Shown here: piece after piece, positions 38,723 through 48,893 of the stretch | Numbering within the stretch: position 1 is the stretch's first letter | Layout of the letters: the number at the start of each line of letters is the position of its first letter | Virus record (IMG/VR): IMGVR_UViG_3300030430_001440 | Location: 1-61,293 of that record | Direction: 5' to 3' (one strand) | Source of the DNA: a virus | Lineage: Duplodnaviria > Caudoviricetes | Length of the DNA stretch: 61,293 bases | Notes under the pieces: model-generated | Databases searched by the model: none | Told to the model about the DNA's origin: nothing | The model's input: only the letters and a program-made list of their open reading frames with translations | Position numbers and translations under genes: made by a program

Positions 38723-40375
38723 ATGAAATTTACACCTTTTCCAACATTTACTAATAAACAAGGAATTACGGGTATACAACCTATACAACTTCCACAGGCA
38801 AGACCATCGTTTCCAACAGCACGTAGACAAGCTCCAAGACGTGCACCTGAGCCTTCTACTAAAGAAGCAATAGCAGGTCTTTTACCACTTATACCAGAGT
38901 TTTTTGCGAAACGTAGGCGGGGTAAACAACCCTTGATGAATATGGCTGATTTTTATACAAGTATAGGTGCTAATCCTCTAGCACCAAGTAGAGAAGAAGA
39001 AGCTCAATATAGAGCATATTTATCATATGGACCGCAACGAGATACAAACAGGTTAGGCGGAACAGAATTATTTAATCTAGTTGCTGCTTCTCAAATGGGT
39101 AGAGGTGCACCTGCTTTCGTACAATCAGCTCTTGCTCTTAAAAAAGGTCGTGATGCACAAGCTGCCGCTATAAACCAACAAAGAGGGCAACTAATAAAAG
39201 AGGCTACTAAACCTGATACTTACGACTATGTAAATTTAATAGATACAGAAGCTGCTGCACTAGGTATGAATGCAACTGTATCGGGTAGAAGAAATACAAG
39301 AACAGGTAGTTTACAAGTACAATTACCTGAACAAGACGCTAGAGGTAACTATTTGTATAGAAATGCAGGTCCGAACTATTTAGTACAAACATCAACCACT
39401 GCAGACATAACACCTCCCGAGGACCCAACAGTCAAAGAATTTAAAAACGAATTTAAGTTAATCGACGAAAAAGAGAATGCTCTTGTTGGTTTTAATAATG
39501 TTGTTCAAAACACTATAAAGACACTAGATAGTATAGGTGAGGGTGATTTAACACCTAATACATTAACTTCTGCTTTAGTAGGCTTAGGTGATAGAGCTAG
39601 AATTGAATTTAATAATGTTTCTCAACTAATCGGTCGAGAAGGTAGATTATTCGGTAACGTTGACGATTTTGCTGCTGGTAAATCAGGAGCAGTAGGTAGA
39701 GAAGGCACAGGTATGGTAGCAGAAAAACTATATAAGGCTACGCAAGTTTTATTACAAGACCCAACTAATGAAGAAGCAATTAGAATGCAAGAAGAAGCAT
39801 TACAAGAATTAGATGGAATAACACAAACTTCTTATGGATATACGTTACGTGATAAAATGGATAAAACTGTTTTTAACGATGTTAGATTAAGGTCGCAATT
39901 TTTACAACTAGGTTATACTGCTGCTGCTATTAACGGACAAACAGGTAGAACACTTTCTGATAAAGACTTAGCTTATCACTTAGAAATAGTAGGTTTAGGT
40001 CAAACAACTAACCCTAGAGTTCTAAAGAAAAATCTGTTTGATTATATGAGACAAAGTTTAGATGGTGTTGATGCTGAGATTAATCTTAAGTTACAACAAC
40101 TTTATCCAAGATATAAAGACGAAATACTGAGAAATCCAATACTACAAAGTTATATAAACCCATATTACATAGTTCCTAAAGACGGTGAAAGATATCTTTA
40201 TCCTGAAAATATAGGAACACTTGATTATAGAAACTTTGCTACAAGACGTCCAGGATTTGGTTTCGAATTGTATTACGATGATATCGACTACAATAATTCA
40301 GCTTCATCAGGTGGTAGCTCAGATTTATTAGATTTGAACACTTCTTTAGACAATATTCTTGGCGTAGATAAATGA
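38723..40375 (+). CDS. Putative internal virion/ejection protein
   Basis: 550-aa ORF in the ejection cluster. Confidence 0.55.
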   Translation: MKFTPFPTFTNKQGITGIQPIQLPQARPSFPTARRQAPRRAPEPSTKEAIAGLLPLIPEFFAKRRRGKQPLMNMADFYTSIGANPLAPSREEEAQYRAYLSYGPQRDTNRLGGTELFNLVAASQMGRGAPAFVQSALALKKGRDAQAAAINQQRGQLIKEATKPDTYDYVNLIDTEAAALGMNATVSGRRNTRTGSLQVQLPEQDARGNYLYRNAGPNYLVQTSTTADITPPEDPTVKEFKNEFKLIDEKENALVGFNNVVQNTIKTLDSIGEGDLTPNTLTSALVGLGDRARIEFNNVSQLIGREGRLFGNVDDFAAGKSGAVGREGTGMVAEKLYKATQVLLQDPTNEEAIRMQEEALQELDGITQTSYGYTLRDKMDKTVFNDVRLRSQFLQLGYTAAAINGQTGRTLSDKDLAYHLEIVGLGQTTNPRVLKKNLFDYMRQSLDGVDAEINLKLQQLYPRYKDEILRNPILQSYINPYYIVPKDGERYLYPENIGTLDYRNFATRRPGFGFELYYDDIDYNNSASSGGSSDLLDLNTSLDNILGVDK

Positions 40376-43300
40376 GCCAACAAGCAACACAACAAGTTAT
40401 AGATGCAGTTTATAGTTCACCTTTAAATAATAATCCTAATTTAACTTATGGCAGTGTGTTGTCGCCAATGGAAGTTAAAATACTAGCTATAGCTAGAGAT
40501 GAAAATACAAGAAATAGAGAAATACAAGCAGGCAATCTTGATACAGAAACTTATAATAGAATATTACAAGCTGTTCCCGTAATAGAAGAAAAACTAAAAG
40601 TATACAATATAGCCCCTATTTCGTATACTTTAGAAGAACGTGAACCTGAAACATTTGCAGCGATGCAAAGAGATCAAGAAGCAAGTCAACAACGACGAAT
40701 AATGGCAGGAGTACGTGGTAATTATCCGCAAGGCTATACACCTTTTGAAATTAAACCACCCATAGGTTTTGAAAAAAGACAAAGAATAGCAAGTTATGGT
40801 ATAGACCCTGATAACCCATATGAATTCGAAGATAGAACAAAAGAAAAAGCATTTTATAATGCATTAGCTTTTGGACCTAGAAGGTTATCAAAAGAAAACG
40901 TTCAATATGTTTTAGATAAATCAGATATAAAAGGTGATTTATTATACGTAGACCCAACAAAGCCTAATTTAGGTTTTAGATTTAAACCAGAAGGTAGCGA
41001 TCAATATCAAATATTACGAAACCCTAGATTAACAAGAGATGATATAAGAAAATTTGTATTACAAGAATCTCCTGCAATAGTAGGTGATATCTTAGGAATC
41101 GCTACTGCTGCTGCATTTACCAGAGGTCCTGTAGGCTCTGCAAATATACCTAATGCTTTTAAAAATATTTTAAAAACAACAGCAGGTTCTACTGCAGGTG
41201 CTGTAGGTGGTGATGTAGCTAGGTTAGTTTATGGTCAACAACAAGGTTATAACGACCTTACTCCAGAAGAAATAGTAGACGAAGCACAATTAATGGGTCT
41301 TTATGCAGGATTAGGGACAGGTGCTGTAAACATTGCTATGAAAGTTGTACCTGCTTTTTATAGAGCATTATCAGGCGAATTAATTCCTGCAGATGTATTA
41401 GCTAAAATACAAGGAGTAATAGATAGACAAGGTGCTATTTTACAACGTAAAGGTACAGAACAAACTATATACGGCGTAGACGTTGCAACCGTAGACGAAA
41501 TAAACGACCAAATACGTTATTTTGTAAAAAAAGCAGGTGAAGAATATAAAGGTTATAACCCTTCCCTAGCAGGAGCTAATCCATTAGATCAAGACGCAGC
41601 AGATTTAGAATTTATATGGCTGAAATTAGCAAAAGACCCAAACCTAACGAATTTATATGGGGAAATGAAAAGCCGTAATCAAAGTGTTATAAATTTATTA
41701 ATGAGAGAATTAGGTCAAGAATTCGAAGGTAAAGCATTAAAAGATATACCTGTAGGCACCGATGTTGACGAAGCAGTTCGTGCTAGTGCCCAAGAACAAA
41801 TAGATCGATATGTTACAGAAGGGTCAGCAGCTATTAACCGTATTCTTAAAGAAGCTGATGAAAGTATACCTACATCAAATACAACTTTATTCGATAAAAC
41901 TGTAAAAGGTGATGCAGATATTTTACCGAAAACGACCTCTAACTTAGCAGCCGTTAGAGATTTTTATTTAAAAGACTATCAAGACAATTTTAATAAAATA
42001 CTTAATGACCCACGTTATGCAGAATTTTCTACAGGTGCAGGTTTTACTAAAAATATTGCTAAAGAATTTAAATTGTTGCGTGACAATACAACAAGACAAT
42101 TTAAAAGACCAGAAGCTGTTAAAGAAATAGAACAAACATTAGGATTAGGTAATAAAGAAAAAACATTATTATATAGATTAGCAGGTCAATCCCCCGATGG
42201 TAGTGCTGTGTTTAAAAGTCCAGATTTTACGTTAAGAGAGTTATTTGAATTACAAATTGTTTTAAATGAATTAAGGGTAAATTCTAAAATTCAAAAATCA
42301 AGAGCTTTTGCTCGTACAGCTATAGAAGATATAAATAAACAAATAGATAAAAGTTTTAATGATGAAGTAGCTAAACGTTTAGGTATAACTGTAAGAACTA
42401 ACTATGGTAAAAAAGATTTAGATAAAATACAAGAATATAGGAGAGAAAACAACTTTGGTAATGATTTAACATTAGCTTATAGAGAAATGGATCAAGCGTA
42501 TACCGACGTTAATAATCAAGTTTTAAAACAATTAATAGCTAATGAAAGACCAGAAGAATTAATTCCTGCACTATTAAACAGTAATGTTCCTAATGCTAGA
42601 ATTAATACACCTGTTACTAATTTTATTAAAGTTTTAGAAAGCGGTGGTAATGATGGCGTTTTTTACGTTCAAAAACAGATGTTTGATTATATACAAAATA
42701 CAGTAATAAAACCTGATAATACTCCCTTACAAAATAATAAAGCCGTAAAGGATTTTATAAATAAAAACAAAGGCACGTTAGATGCAATATTTAAAGATGA
42801 TTTTGGAACAGTCATAAATAAAAATCAACTAGATAAAGTTGGTAGAAAAATAGCAGAACAAGACCGTCAAATAAATGTTTTAAGAAATACTTTTGGAGTA
42901 GATGCAGATTCTGTTAATCCTGTTTACGATATAGTAAATAATATTATTAGAGCAGGGTCTGATGTTAGAAGTAGCGGACAACTACAAAATGATATAGATT
43001 TTTTAATGACCACTATAGGTGATAATCCTATTTTAGAAGAACAAGTTGCAGCACTAACAAGAAATATTTTATTAAGAGATTTTTTAGGTTTACGTAAAGG
43101 AGCAGGAGGTCAGTTTGAAATAAACCCACAAGCCCTAAACAGTATTTTAAATGAAGGTTTTGGACCAGACGAACTAGCAGGTAGATTAACTTTTGAAGAA
43201 TCTTTTGGTAAATTATTAGGAAAAGATTCTGCAGATAATATAAAAGCTTTTAAATTATTAAATGATTTAGTACAAAGAGAAGTTGGGCTTGACCCTTCTG

Positions 43301-43743
43301 AAGGGTTAAGTTTAGCAATGATGAATGTAGATCAAACCTCAGCAGTGCCTGGATTTAAATTATTACAAAGAATGTTAATACCACCGCTTACGCAAACAGG
43401 TAGAAGGGTTACTGCCATTGATTTACTTATGAACACTCGTTCTGAAAATTTTATTAGACAAATGATAGCTGACCCAAAACTTGCTAGACAAGTAGTTAGA
43501 GCAGCAGAAGGCAGGATGTCAATACAACAATTAGCTAATTTCCTAGCTGCTTATAATATTACAGCAGGTAATGTAAAGATTGATAAATTTAATTTTCATA
43601 TCGAAGATATGGCAGATGAGTTACAGTATTATGATACAAAACTAAAAGAACTAAAAATAAATCAAAAAGAAGAACTTACATTAGAAGATGAACAAGCGAT
43701 ACTCGATGTAGTTACAGAGTATATGAACAATAGAAGAAAATGA
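40372..43743 (+). CDS. Large putative internal virion/ejection protein
   Basis: 1123 aa, helical character, Gly/Ala-rich hydrophobic segments. Confidence 0.6.
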   Translation: MSQQATQQVIDAVYSSPLNNNPNLTYGSVLSPMEVKILAIARDENTRNREIQAGNLDTETYNRILQAVPVIEEKLKVYNIAPISYTLEEREPETFAAMQRDQEASQQRRIMAGVRGNYPQGYTPFEIKPPIGFEKRQRIASYGIDPDNPYEFEDRTKEKAFYNALAFGPRRLSKENVQYVLDKSDIKGDLLYVDPTKPNLGFRFKPEGSDQYQILRNPRLTRDDIRKFVLQESPAIVGDILGIATAAAFTRGPVGSANIPNAFKNILKTTAGSTAGAVGGDVARLVYGQQQGYNDLTPEEIVDEAQLMGLYAGLGTGAVNIAMKVVPAFYRALSGELIPADVLAKIQGVIDRQGAILQRKGTEQTIYGVDVATVDEINDQIRYFVKKAGEEYKGYNPSLAGANPLDQDAADLEFIWLKLAKDPNLTNLYGEMKSRNQSVINLLMRELGQEFEGKALKDIPVGTDVDEAVRASAQEQIDRYVTEGSAAINRILKEADESIPTSNTTLFDKTVKGDADILPKTTSNLAAVRDFYLKDYQDNFNKILNDPRYAEFSTGAGFTKNIAKEFKLLRDNTTRQFKRPEAVKEIEQTLGLGNKEKTLLYRLAGQSPDGSAVFKSPDFTLRELFELQIVLNELRVNSKIQKSRAFARTAIEDINKQIDKSFNDEVAKRLGITVRTNYGKKDLDKIQEYRRENNFGNDLTLAYREMDQAYTDVNNQVLKQLIANERPEELIPALLNSNVPNARINTPVTNFIKVLESGGNDGVFYVQKQMFDYIQNTVIKPDNTPLQNNKAVKDFINKNKGTLDAIFKDDFGTVINKNQLDKVGRKIAEQDRQINVLRNTFGVDADSVNPVYDIVNNIIRAGSDVRSSGQLQNDIDFLMTTIGDNPILEEQVAALTRNILLRDFLGLRKGAGGQFEINPQALNSILNEGFGPDELAGRLTFEESFGKLLGKDSADNIKAFKLLNDLVQREVGLDPSEGLSLAMMNVDQTSAVPGFKLLQRMLIPPLTQTGRRVTAIDLLMNTRSENFIRQMIADPKLARQVVRAAEGRMSIQQLANFLAAYNITAGNVKIDKFNFHIEDMADELQYYDTKLKELKINQKEELTLEDEQAILDVVTEYMNNRRK

Positions 43744-45059
43744 TATTATTAAATAATAGAAACGGCATTATTTCGTTAGCCAACGCTAGGCGAGACGCTA
43801 ATATATCTAGGAATAGAGCAAGAGATCAGTACGAATCAGACGTAGCTGATTTTAAAGATGCCCGTGTTAGAGAAATAGAAAACGATTTTATGTCTACTGG
43901 GGGTTTTTCTGATAACCCTGTATTTATGCAATCCCCTTTAGTTGAAGAACTCCCAAGCGACATGATAGTACCTCCTATGCCTGATGAATTTAGTATACCT
44001 TTTAATCCGATAGATGATCTAGGACCTATAGAAAACCCATATGTCCCTATTTTTGAACAACCTGTATCAGGTAAACCCGAGCCACCACCTTCTATTGGTG
44101 GTCCAGGTCCAGGTCCAGGAGACCCATTTGATCCAATAAATCAACCACCTATAAAACCACCTGTTGAACCTTCTCCAATACGACCTCCAGATGATCCACC
44201 TTTTTACGGAGGACCTGTGCCACCACCTCCAGGAGTTGAGCCACCAGTTTTTATACCACCTGATCTAACACCACCTCCAGAAGGCTTTCCTATCATAGTC
44301 AGAGATAAAAGACCTTTTTACGAGCCACCAACATCTTTTGAAAGTGGTGTGCCTGCATTTAAACTTCCGTCAGGACTTTCTATCGACAGGTTTGGAAGAG
44401 CTCCAGGAGACTATGGAAGACCAGAGCCAACTCCTTTGCCTCCGAAACCAATAAAACCAATACCAAAACCAGAGCCACCGATTTTTTGTTTTGTAAGAGG
44501 AACAAAAGTTGATATGGCTAATGGTACGCAAAAACCTATTGAAAATATAAAAGTTGGTGATATAGTTTTAGCACAAGATAATGCTTCTGATGTAGTTTCT
44601 TACGTACATGATATACCAAAAGATAATAGAAACTTATGGACTATAAATGATAGAATAACAGCTACAGATGCACATGCATTTTTAACAGAAGACGGTTGGA
44701 AATCTAATAATTCTAAATTATCAAATACCGTGTACAATGCTTATGGGATTGAAGTAAAAGATTTACAAGTAGGGGATAAATTAATTACTAAAGAAGGTGT
44801 AGAAGAAGTAACTAAATTAGAAAATTCAGAAGCTTTTGTAAAAGTATATAACTTTACTACCTCATCAACACATACGTATTTGGTTGATGGTGTTGTATCA
44901 CATAATAAACAACCACCAATTATACCTCGTCCTCTTGAGCCTGTAGAGAAAAAATTCGGTGGGCGTTTAAATAAAGGGATTATGCGGTTGCCGCAAAGTC
45001 AACAAGGGGATATAATGACAACAAGAATATTCCAAAATGCATTTAAGCCAAGGAGATAA
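43740..45059 (+). CDS. Pro-rich protein with a Hint (intein-like) domain
   Basis: CFVRGT.V.M block A, TDAH block B, VYNF...Y.VDGVVSHN end. Confidence 0.9.
   Translation: MILLNNRNGIISLANARRDANISRNRARDQYESDVADFKDARVREIENDFMSTGGFSDNPVFMQSPLVEELPSDMIVPPMPDEFSIPFNPIDDLGPIENPYVPIFEQPVSGKPEPPPSIGGPGPGPGDPFDPINQPPIKPPVEPSPIRPPDDPPFYGGPVPPPPGVEPPVFIPPDLTPPPEGFPIIVRDKRPFYEPPTSFESGVPAFKLPSGLSIDRFGRAPGDYGRPEPTPLPPKPIKPIPKPEPPIFCFVRGTKVDMANGTQKPIENIKVGDIVLAQDNASDVVSYVHDIPKDNRNLWTINDRITATDAHAFLTEDGWKSNNSKLSNTVYNAYGIEVKDLQVGDKLITKEGVEEVTKLENSEAFVKVYNFTTSSTHTYLVDGVVSHNKQPPIIPRPLEPVEKKFGGRLNKGIMRLPQSQQGDIMTTRIFQNAFKPRR
44487..44906 (+). other. Hint/bacterial intein-like domain (140 aa)
   Basis: Runs from Cys250 to His-Asn389; the next residue is Lys; no endonuclease insert. 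Confidence 0.9.
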
Positions 45060-45062
45060 ACT

Positions 45063-45536
45063 ATGATGCAACAAGGTATAATGAGCAAACTAGATCAACT
45101 TAGACAAGGTAGCGGAGCAGCACCTATGGCAGGTCCAGCACCTATGGCAGGTCCAGCACCTATGCCACCAACAGCACCTTCTCCAGAACTAATGCAAGAT
45201 CAAGCACCTGAAATGGTAGCAGAAAGACCTGAGCCTGTAGATGCAGGACAAGATGCACAAAACTTGGCTTCAGCTGTTATACAAAGATCACAAGGTGATC
45301 CTCAACTAGCTTTAAATATTATAGAAGGAGCCAAAGGCATAATAATACAAAGTATAGAGGGTAGTCAACGTGAACCACAGATGATGGAAGATGGTGGTCC
45401 ACTAAAACCAATACCAGAAGATAATAAAGGTTTAGCAAAACTACCAGAAAAGGTTAGAAACAAAATGGGTTTTATGGCTGAAGGTGGTGATGTACAAAGT
45501 GCATTAAACAGATTAAATTATTTAAGAGATAATTAA
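45063..45536 (+). CDS. Putative internal virion protein
   Basis: AGPAPM repeats; MEDGG and MAEGG motifs; NKGLAKLPEKVRNKMG. Confidence 0.65.
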   Translation: MMQQGIMSKLDQLRQGSGAAPMAGPAPMAGPAPMPPTAPSPELMQDQAPEMVAERPEPVDAGQDAQNLASAVIQRSQGDPQLALNIIEGAKGIIIQSIEGSQREPQMMEDGGPLKPIPEDNKGLAKLPEKVRNKMGFMAEGGDVQSALNRLNYLRDN

Positions 45537-46981
45537 TTAATCCAATCTTTCCATTTTTCGTCGCCTAATACTTCTTGTGCTAAATTAAGTTTACTTCTAA
45601 GTGCTTTTACAATTTTTTCATCAACTGTTCCTTTAGCGACTAAATCTATATAGGTAACTTTATTACTTTGTCCTATACGATGAGCACGGTCTTCAGATTG
45701 TAAACGTTTTTCTAAATCGTAATTATTACTATAATAAATTACATTTTTAGCTTCTGTTAATGTAATACCGTAACCACCTGTTTGTACATTACTAATTAAA
45801 TACTGTAGTTGTGAATTAGGGTCTTGAAACCTACGTATAATTTCTTGTCTTTCTTCATCAGGTGTTTCACCATAATAAGTAGCTACACTATCTGTTCCTG
45901 TAAATTCTTGTAAAGTTTTTAATATTCTTTTTATATCGTATTGATAGTTCGCCCATATAATAGTTTTACCTTGCGTTTCTTGTAAAATATTTATAAGTTC
46001 ATCTAACCTATTATTTTTAATTTCAACTTCTTCCCCTTGATCGTGTTTTACGAAACCGCAAACAACTTGATGTAATCTAAGTATTTGTGTAAGTATTGAA
46101 GTTACACTTACTGTTTCATTCGATTCTAATTCAGCTATGGCATACTTTGCAATATCTTTATAAACTTTCTTTTGTTCAGGTGTTAGTTCTACTTCACGAG
46201 TTGTATAGATTTTATCAGGTAAATCTAAACATTCTTTCTTTAAAACTCTATAAGAAAAACTATCTAAAGATGAAGTTAGTTCCTCTAAATTTTGATAACC
46301 CACGACTTGTCTAAAACTATGTGTTCCTAATTTTCTATTCAAAACTTGTGCATATCTATTTTGAAAAGAATAAAAAGAACCGTATCCGAGCAGGTGTGTA
46401 TTAAGAAAAGCACATTGACTATATAAATCAAGTGGTGAGCGTGTAACAGGAAAGCCTGTAAGTATTCTACGATACTTTGTATTTACCGCTAGTTTAATTA
46501 AATTTTTAGTTCTTTGTGCTTTCGGGTTTTTTATTGTTGTAGATTCATCTACCGCCATTAAACATAAATTACCCATAATAAACTTATCAACATAAGCTAC
46601 ACCTTTTTTAGTGCTAAACGCTTCTACATTAATAATAAGTATTTTGAGTTCGTAACACGGGTCAAACAGTTCTACTAAATCTTTCTTTTGTTTTTTATTA
46701 GGTGCGGGATTCCAAATAGCCGTTTTATATTCTACGTGGTCAGGCATATGTGCAGGTATTTCTTTTTCTAACCAGTTCCTATAAACTCCTTTAGGGGCGA
46801 TTATAATAGCAGAATTAATAACACCTTTATTATAAAGAATAGCAATATTATCTATTAATACTTTAGATTTACCTGTGCCCATTTCCATAAAATAAGCGTA
46901 TTCGTGTTTCTTCCACGATTTCTTTAACGCTTGTAATTGGTGTGCGTATGGCTTAGTTTTAAACTTATAATTTATTTCCAT
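45533..46981 (-). CDS. SNF2-family (SF2) helicase
   Basis: MEMGTGKS, DEST, LTG.P, GGYGITLT and QSEDRAHRIGQ motifs. Confidence 0.95.
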   Translation of the reverse strand: MEINYKFKTKPYAHQLQALKKSWKKHEYAYFMEMGTGKSKVLIDNIAILYNKGVINSAIIIAPKGVYRNWLEKEIPAHMPDHVEYKTAIWNPAPNKKQKKDLVELFDPCYELKILIINVEAFSTKKGVAYVDKFIMGNLCLMAVDESTTIKNPKAQRTKNLIKLAVNTKYRRILTGFPVTRSPLDLYSQCAFLNTHLLGYGSFYSFQNRYAQVLNRKLGTHSFRQVVGYQNLEELTSSLDSFSYRVLKKECLDLPDKIYTTREVELTPEQKKVYKDIAKYAIAELESNETVSVTSILTQILRLHQVVCGFVKHDQGEEVEIKNNRLDELINILQETQGKTIIWANYQYDIKRILKTLQEFTGTDSVATYYGETPDEERQEIIRRFQDPNSQLQYLISNVQTGGYGITLTEAKNVIYYSNNYDLEKRLQSEDRAHRIGQSNKVTYIDLVAKGTVDEKIVKALRSKLNLAQEVLGDEKWKDWIN

Positions 46982-47082
46982 CTATACTTTCTAATTTCTA
47001 AGTAATAATATAATCTATATCTAATAGAAAATATAGCCCAAAATAATAATCCTCTTATCCGATTAGTAGAGGATAATCTATA

Positions 47083-47168
47083 GAATCTATTAAAATATTA
47101 ACGATATTAGTAAATCTCTAAAATTTTTTATATAAAATAAAATATTTTTAAAATAAATAATACTAATA
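47083..47168. repeat. AT-rich element, copy 2 (inverted homolog of 7085-7164); candidate origin
   Basis: Reverse complement aligns to 7085-7164; lies in the divergent replication intergenic region. Confidence 0.55.
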
Positions 47169-47170
47169 AC

Positions 47171-47199
47171 TTTACTTTGGTATTAGTCGCCTATATATT
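47171..47199 (+). promoter_or_regulatory. Promoter of the replication operon
   Basis: TTTACT-N17-TATATT. Confidence 0.7.
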
Positions 47200-47228
47200 A
47201 ATAGCCTAGAAATAAGAAAGGAGAAAAA

Positions 47229-47555
47229 ATGACAGTATATGTTGTTCAAGAAGTTCCAGGACGAAACATCGCAGGTGCTAGACAGTATGGCGATTTTGAA
47301 GTTTTGTTACCTTCTAATACACAAATCATGTTAAGCTCTGGACCTTCTGTTCGTAGAATGAAAAAACTACTACAAGACTATAAAGAGGGCGATTACTTAT
47401 TGTTGATAGGAGACCCTGCGGCTATTGGCGTAGCGTGTTCTTTAGCTGCATTTTTTAATCGAGGTAAATATAGTATATTAAAGTGGGATAAACAAGAAGG
47501 CTTGTATTATCCTGTAGAAATAGATATACATCAGAAAGGAGAATTAAATGAGTGA
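47229..47555 (+). CDS. Hypothetical replication-module protein
   Basis: VYVVQE...DYLLLIGDP...LKWD. Confidence 0.75.
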   Translation: MTVYVVQEVPGRNIAGARQYGDFEVLLPSNTQIMLSSGPSVRRMKKLLQDYKEGDYLLLIGDPAAIGVACSLAAFFNRGKYSILKWDKQEGLYYPVEIDIHQKGELNE

Positions 47556-48117
47556 AAAACCTACTTTTGAAGAACTTGTTGGTAATACTAAACCAGATTC
47601 ATGGGATAGTGAAGTTACTGACAATGAATTAGCTACAGTTTCTAGTTTAGCTCAAAAACAATTAGCCCTTGCGAACGAAGTTTCAGGGTTAGAAGATATG
47701 TTAAAAGCTAAAAAAGAAGAGTTGCGTTTAACCCAAGAACAAGAGCTACCTGACGCTATGTCAGCAGCAGGACTTACGCAGATAACTTTATCTACAGGAG
47801 AAAAGATATCTATTAATGAGTTCTATAGTGCTCATATTTCTAAGGCAAACCAACAACAAGCTTACCAATGGCTTTTAGATAACGGTCATGAGGGAATTAT
47901 AAAGAATGAAGTTTCTTTAAAATTTGGTCGTGGTGAGAGTGCTATTGTTGATGAAACAGTATTAGCTCTTAAATCTAGAGGTCTATCGCCAGAGGTAAAA
48001 CAGAGTATTCATCCGTCTACGTTAAAAGCTTTTGTAAAAGAACAGTTAACGACGGGGAATGATATACCAACTGAGCCTTTCGGAGTCTATATAGGCACGA
48101 AGGCTATCATCAAATAG
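47548..48117 (+). CDS. Hypothetical replication-module protein
   Basis: WL..NGH..IIK...IHPSTLKAFVKE. Confidence 0.75.
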   Translation: MSEKPTFEELVGNTKPDSWDSEVTDNELATVSSLAQKQLALANEVSGLEDMLKAKKEELRLTQEQELPDAMSAAGLTQITLSTGEKISINEFYSAHISKANQQQAYQWLLDNGHEGIIKNEVSLKFGRGESAIVDETVLALKSRGLSPEVKQSIHPSTLKAFVKEQLTTGNDIPTEPFGVYIGTKAIIK

Positions 48118-48126
48118 GAGTAGAAC

Positions 48127-48891
48127 ATGATTGATGAAAATAAAGAAGTAGCTCCAAAAGCTACAACCGATGTAGTAACTTTCGATGATACTTTGTTATC
48201 GGAAGGAACTGGATTAGAAGAAACTACGGTAGAGGATTTTGCGATTCCTTTTATCAGAGTTTTACAACCCATGTCGCCACAACTTAATAAAGCTAGTGGC
48301 TCATATGTAGAAGGTGCAAGTGCAGGTGATCTTTATAACACAGTTACTAACAGTGTTTATTCAGGTGATAAAGGAATTGTTTTAGTTCCTAGTGCTTATA
48401 TCAAAAAATATATTGAATGGGTGCCAAGAGAGAAAGGTGGTGGTTTAGTTAACGCTAACCACGATATTTCTATTTTAAGTGAGTGTAGAAAAGACCCAGA
48501 GTCTAGAAAATACTATACTAAAGATGGTAATGAGATTGTAGAAACTGCACAGTTTTATGTGTTAGTTCTTGATCCAGAACCACAACAAGCTGTTATAGCA
48601 TTTACTTCTACACAACTAAGTGTAGCACGTAAATGGTTAACTATGATGAGAATGGCTAGAGTACAAAACTCACAAGGTCAACACGTAGAAGCACCTATGT
48701 TTGCTTATACTTATAGACTTACTACTACTTCGCAATCTAATGATAAAGGCACATGGAATAGCTTTAGCGTAAGCCAAGAAGGTCAGACTTCTTTAGCAGA
48801 TGCACAAATTGCTAAAACTTTTATGACTGCCGCTAGATCAGGAGAGGTTGAAGTTAAAGAAGAACAGTTAGACGACACAGTTACACTGTAG
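48127..48891 (+). CDS. Putative single-stranded DNA-binding protein
   Basis: IPFIRVLQ.MSPQ, YIEW and NDKGTW motifs; acidic tail; position. Confidence 0.55.
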   Translation: MIDENKEVAPKATTDVVTFDDTLLSEGTGLEETTVEDFAIPFIRVLQPMSPQLNKASGSYVEGASAGDLYNTVTNSVYSGDKGIVLVPSAYIKKYIEWVPREKGGGLVNANHDISILSECRKDPESRKYYTKDGNEIVETAQFYVLVLDPEPQQAVIAFTSTQLSVARKWLTMMRMARVQNSQGQHVEAPMFAYTYRLTTTSQSNDKGTWNSFSVSQEGQTSLADAQIAKTFMTAARSGEVEVKEEQLDDTVTL

Positions 48892-48893
48892 CC

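Noticed and set aside
44487-44906. Mobile intein with homing endonuclease
   Set aside because: Only 140 aa, no endonuclease insert, and Lys at +1; treated as an intein-like domain
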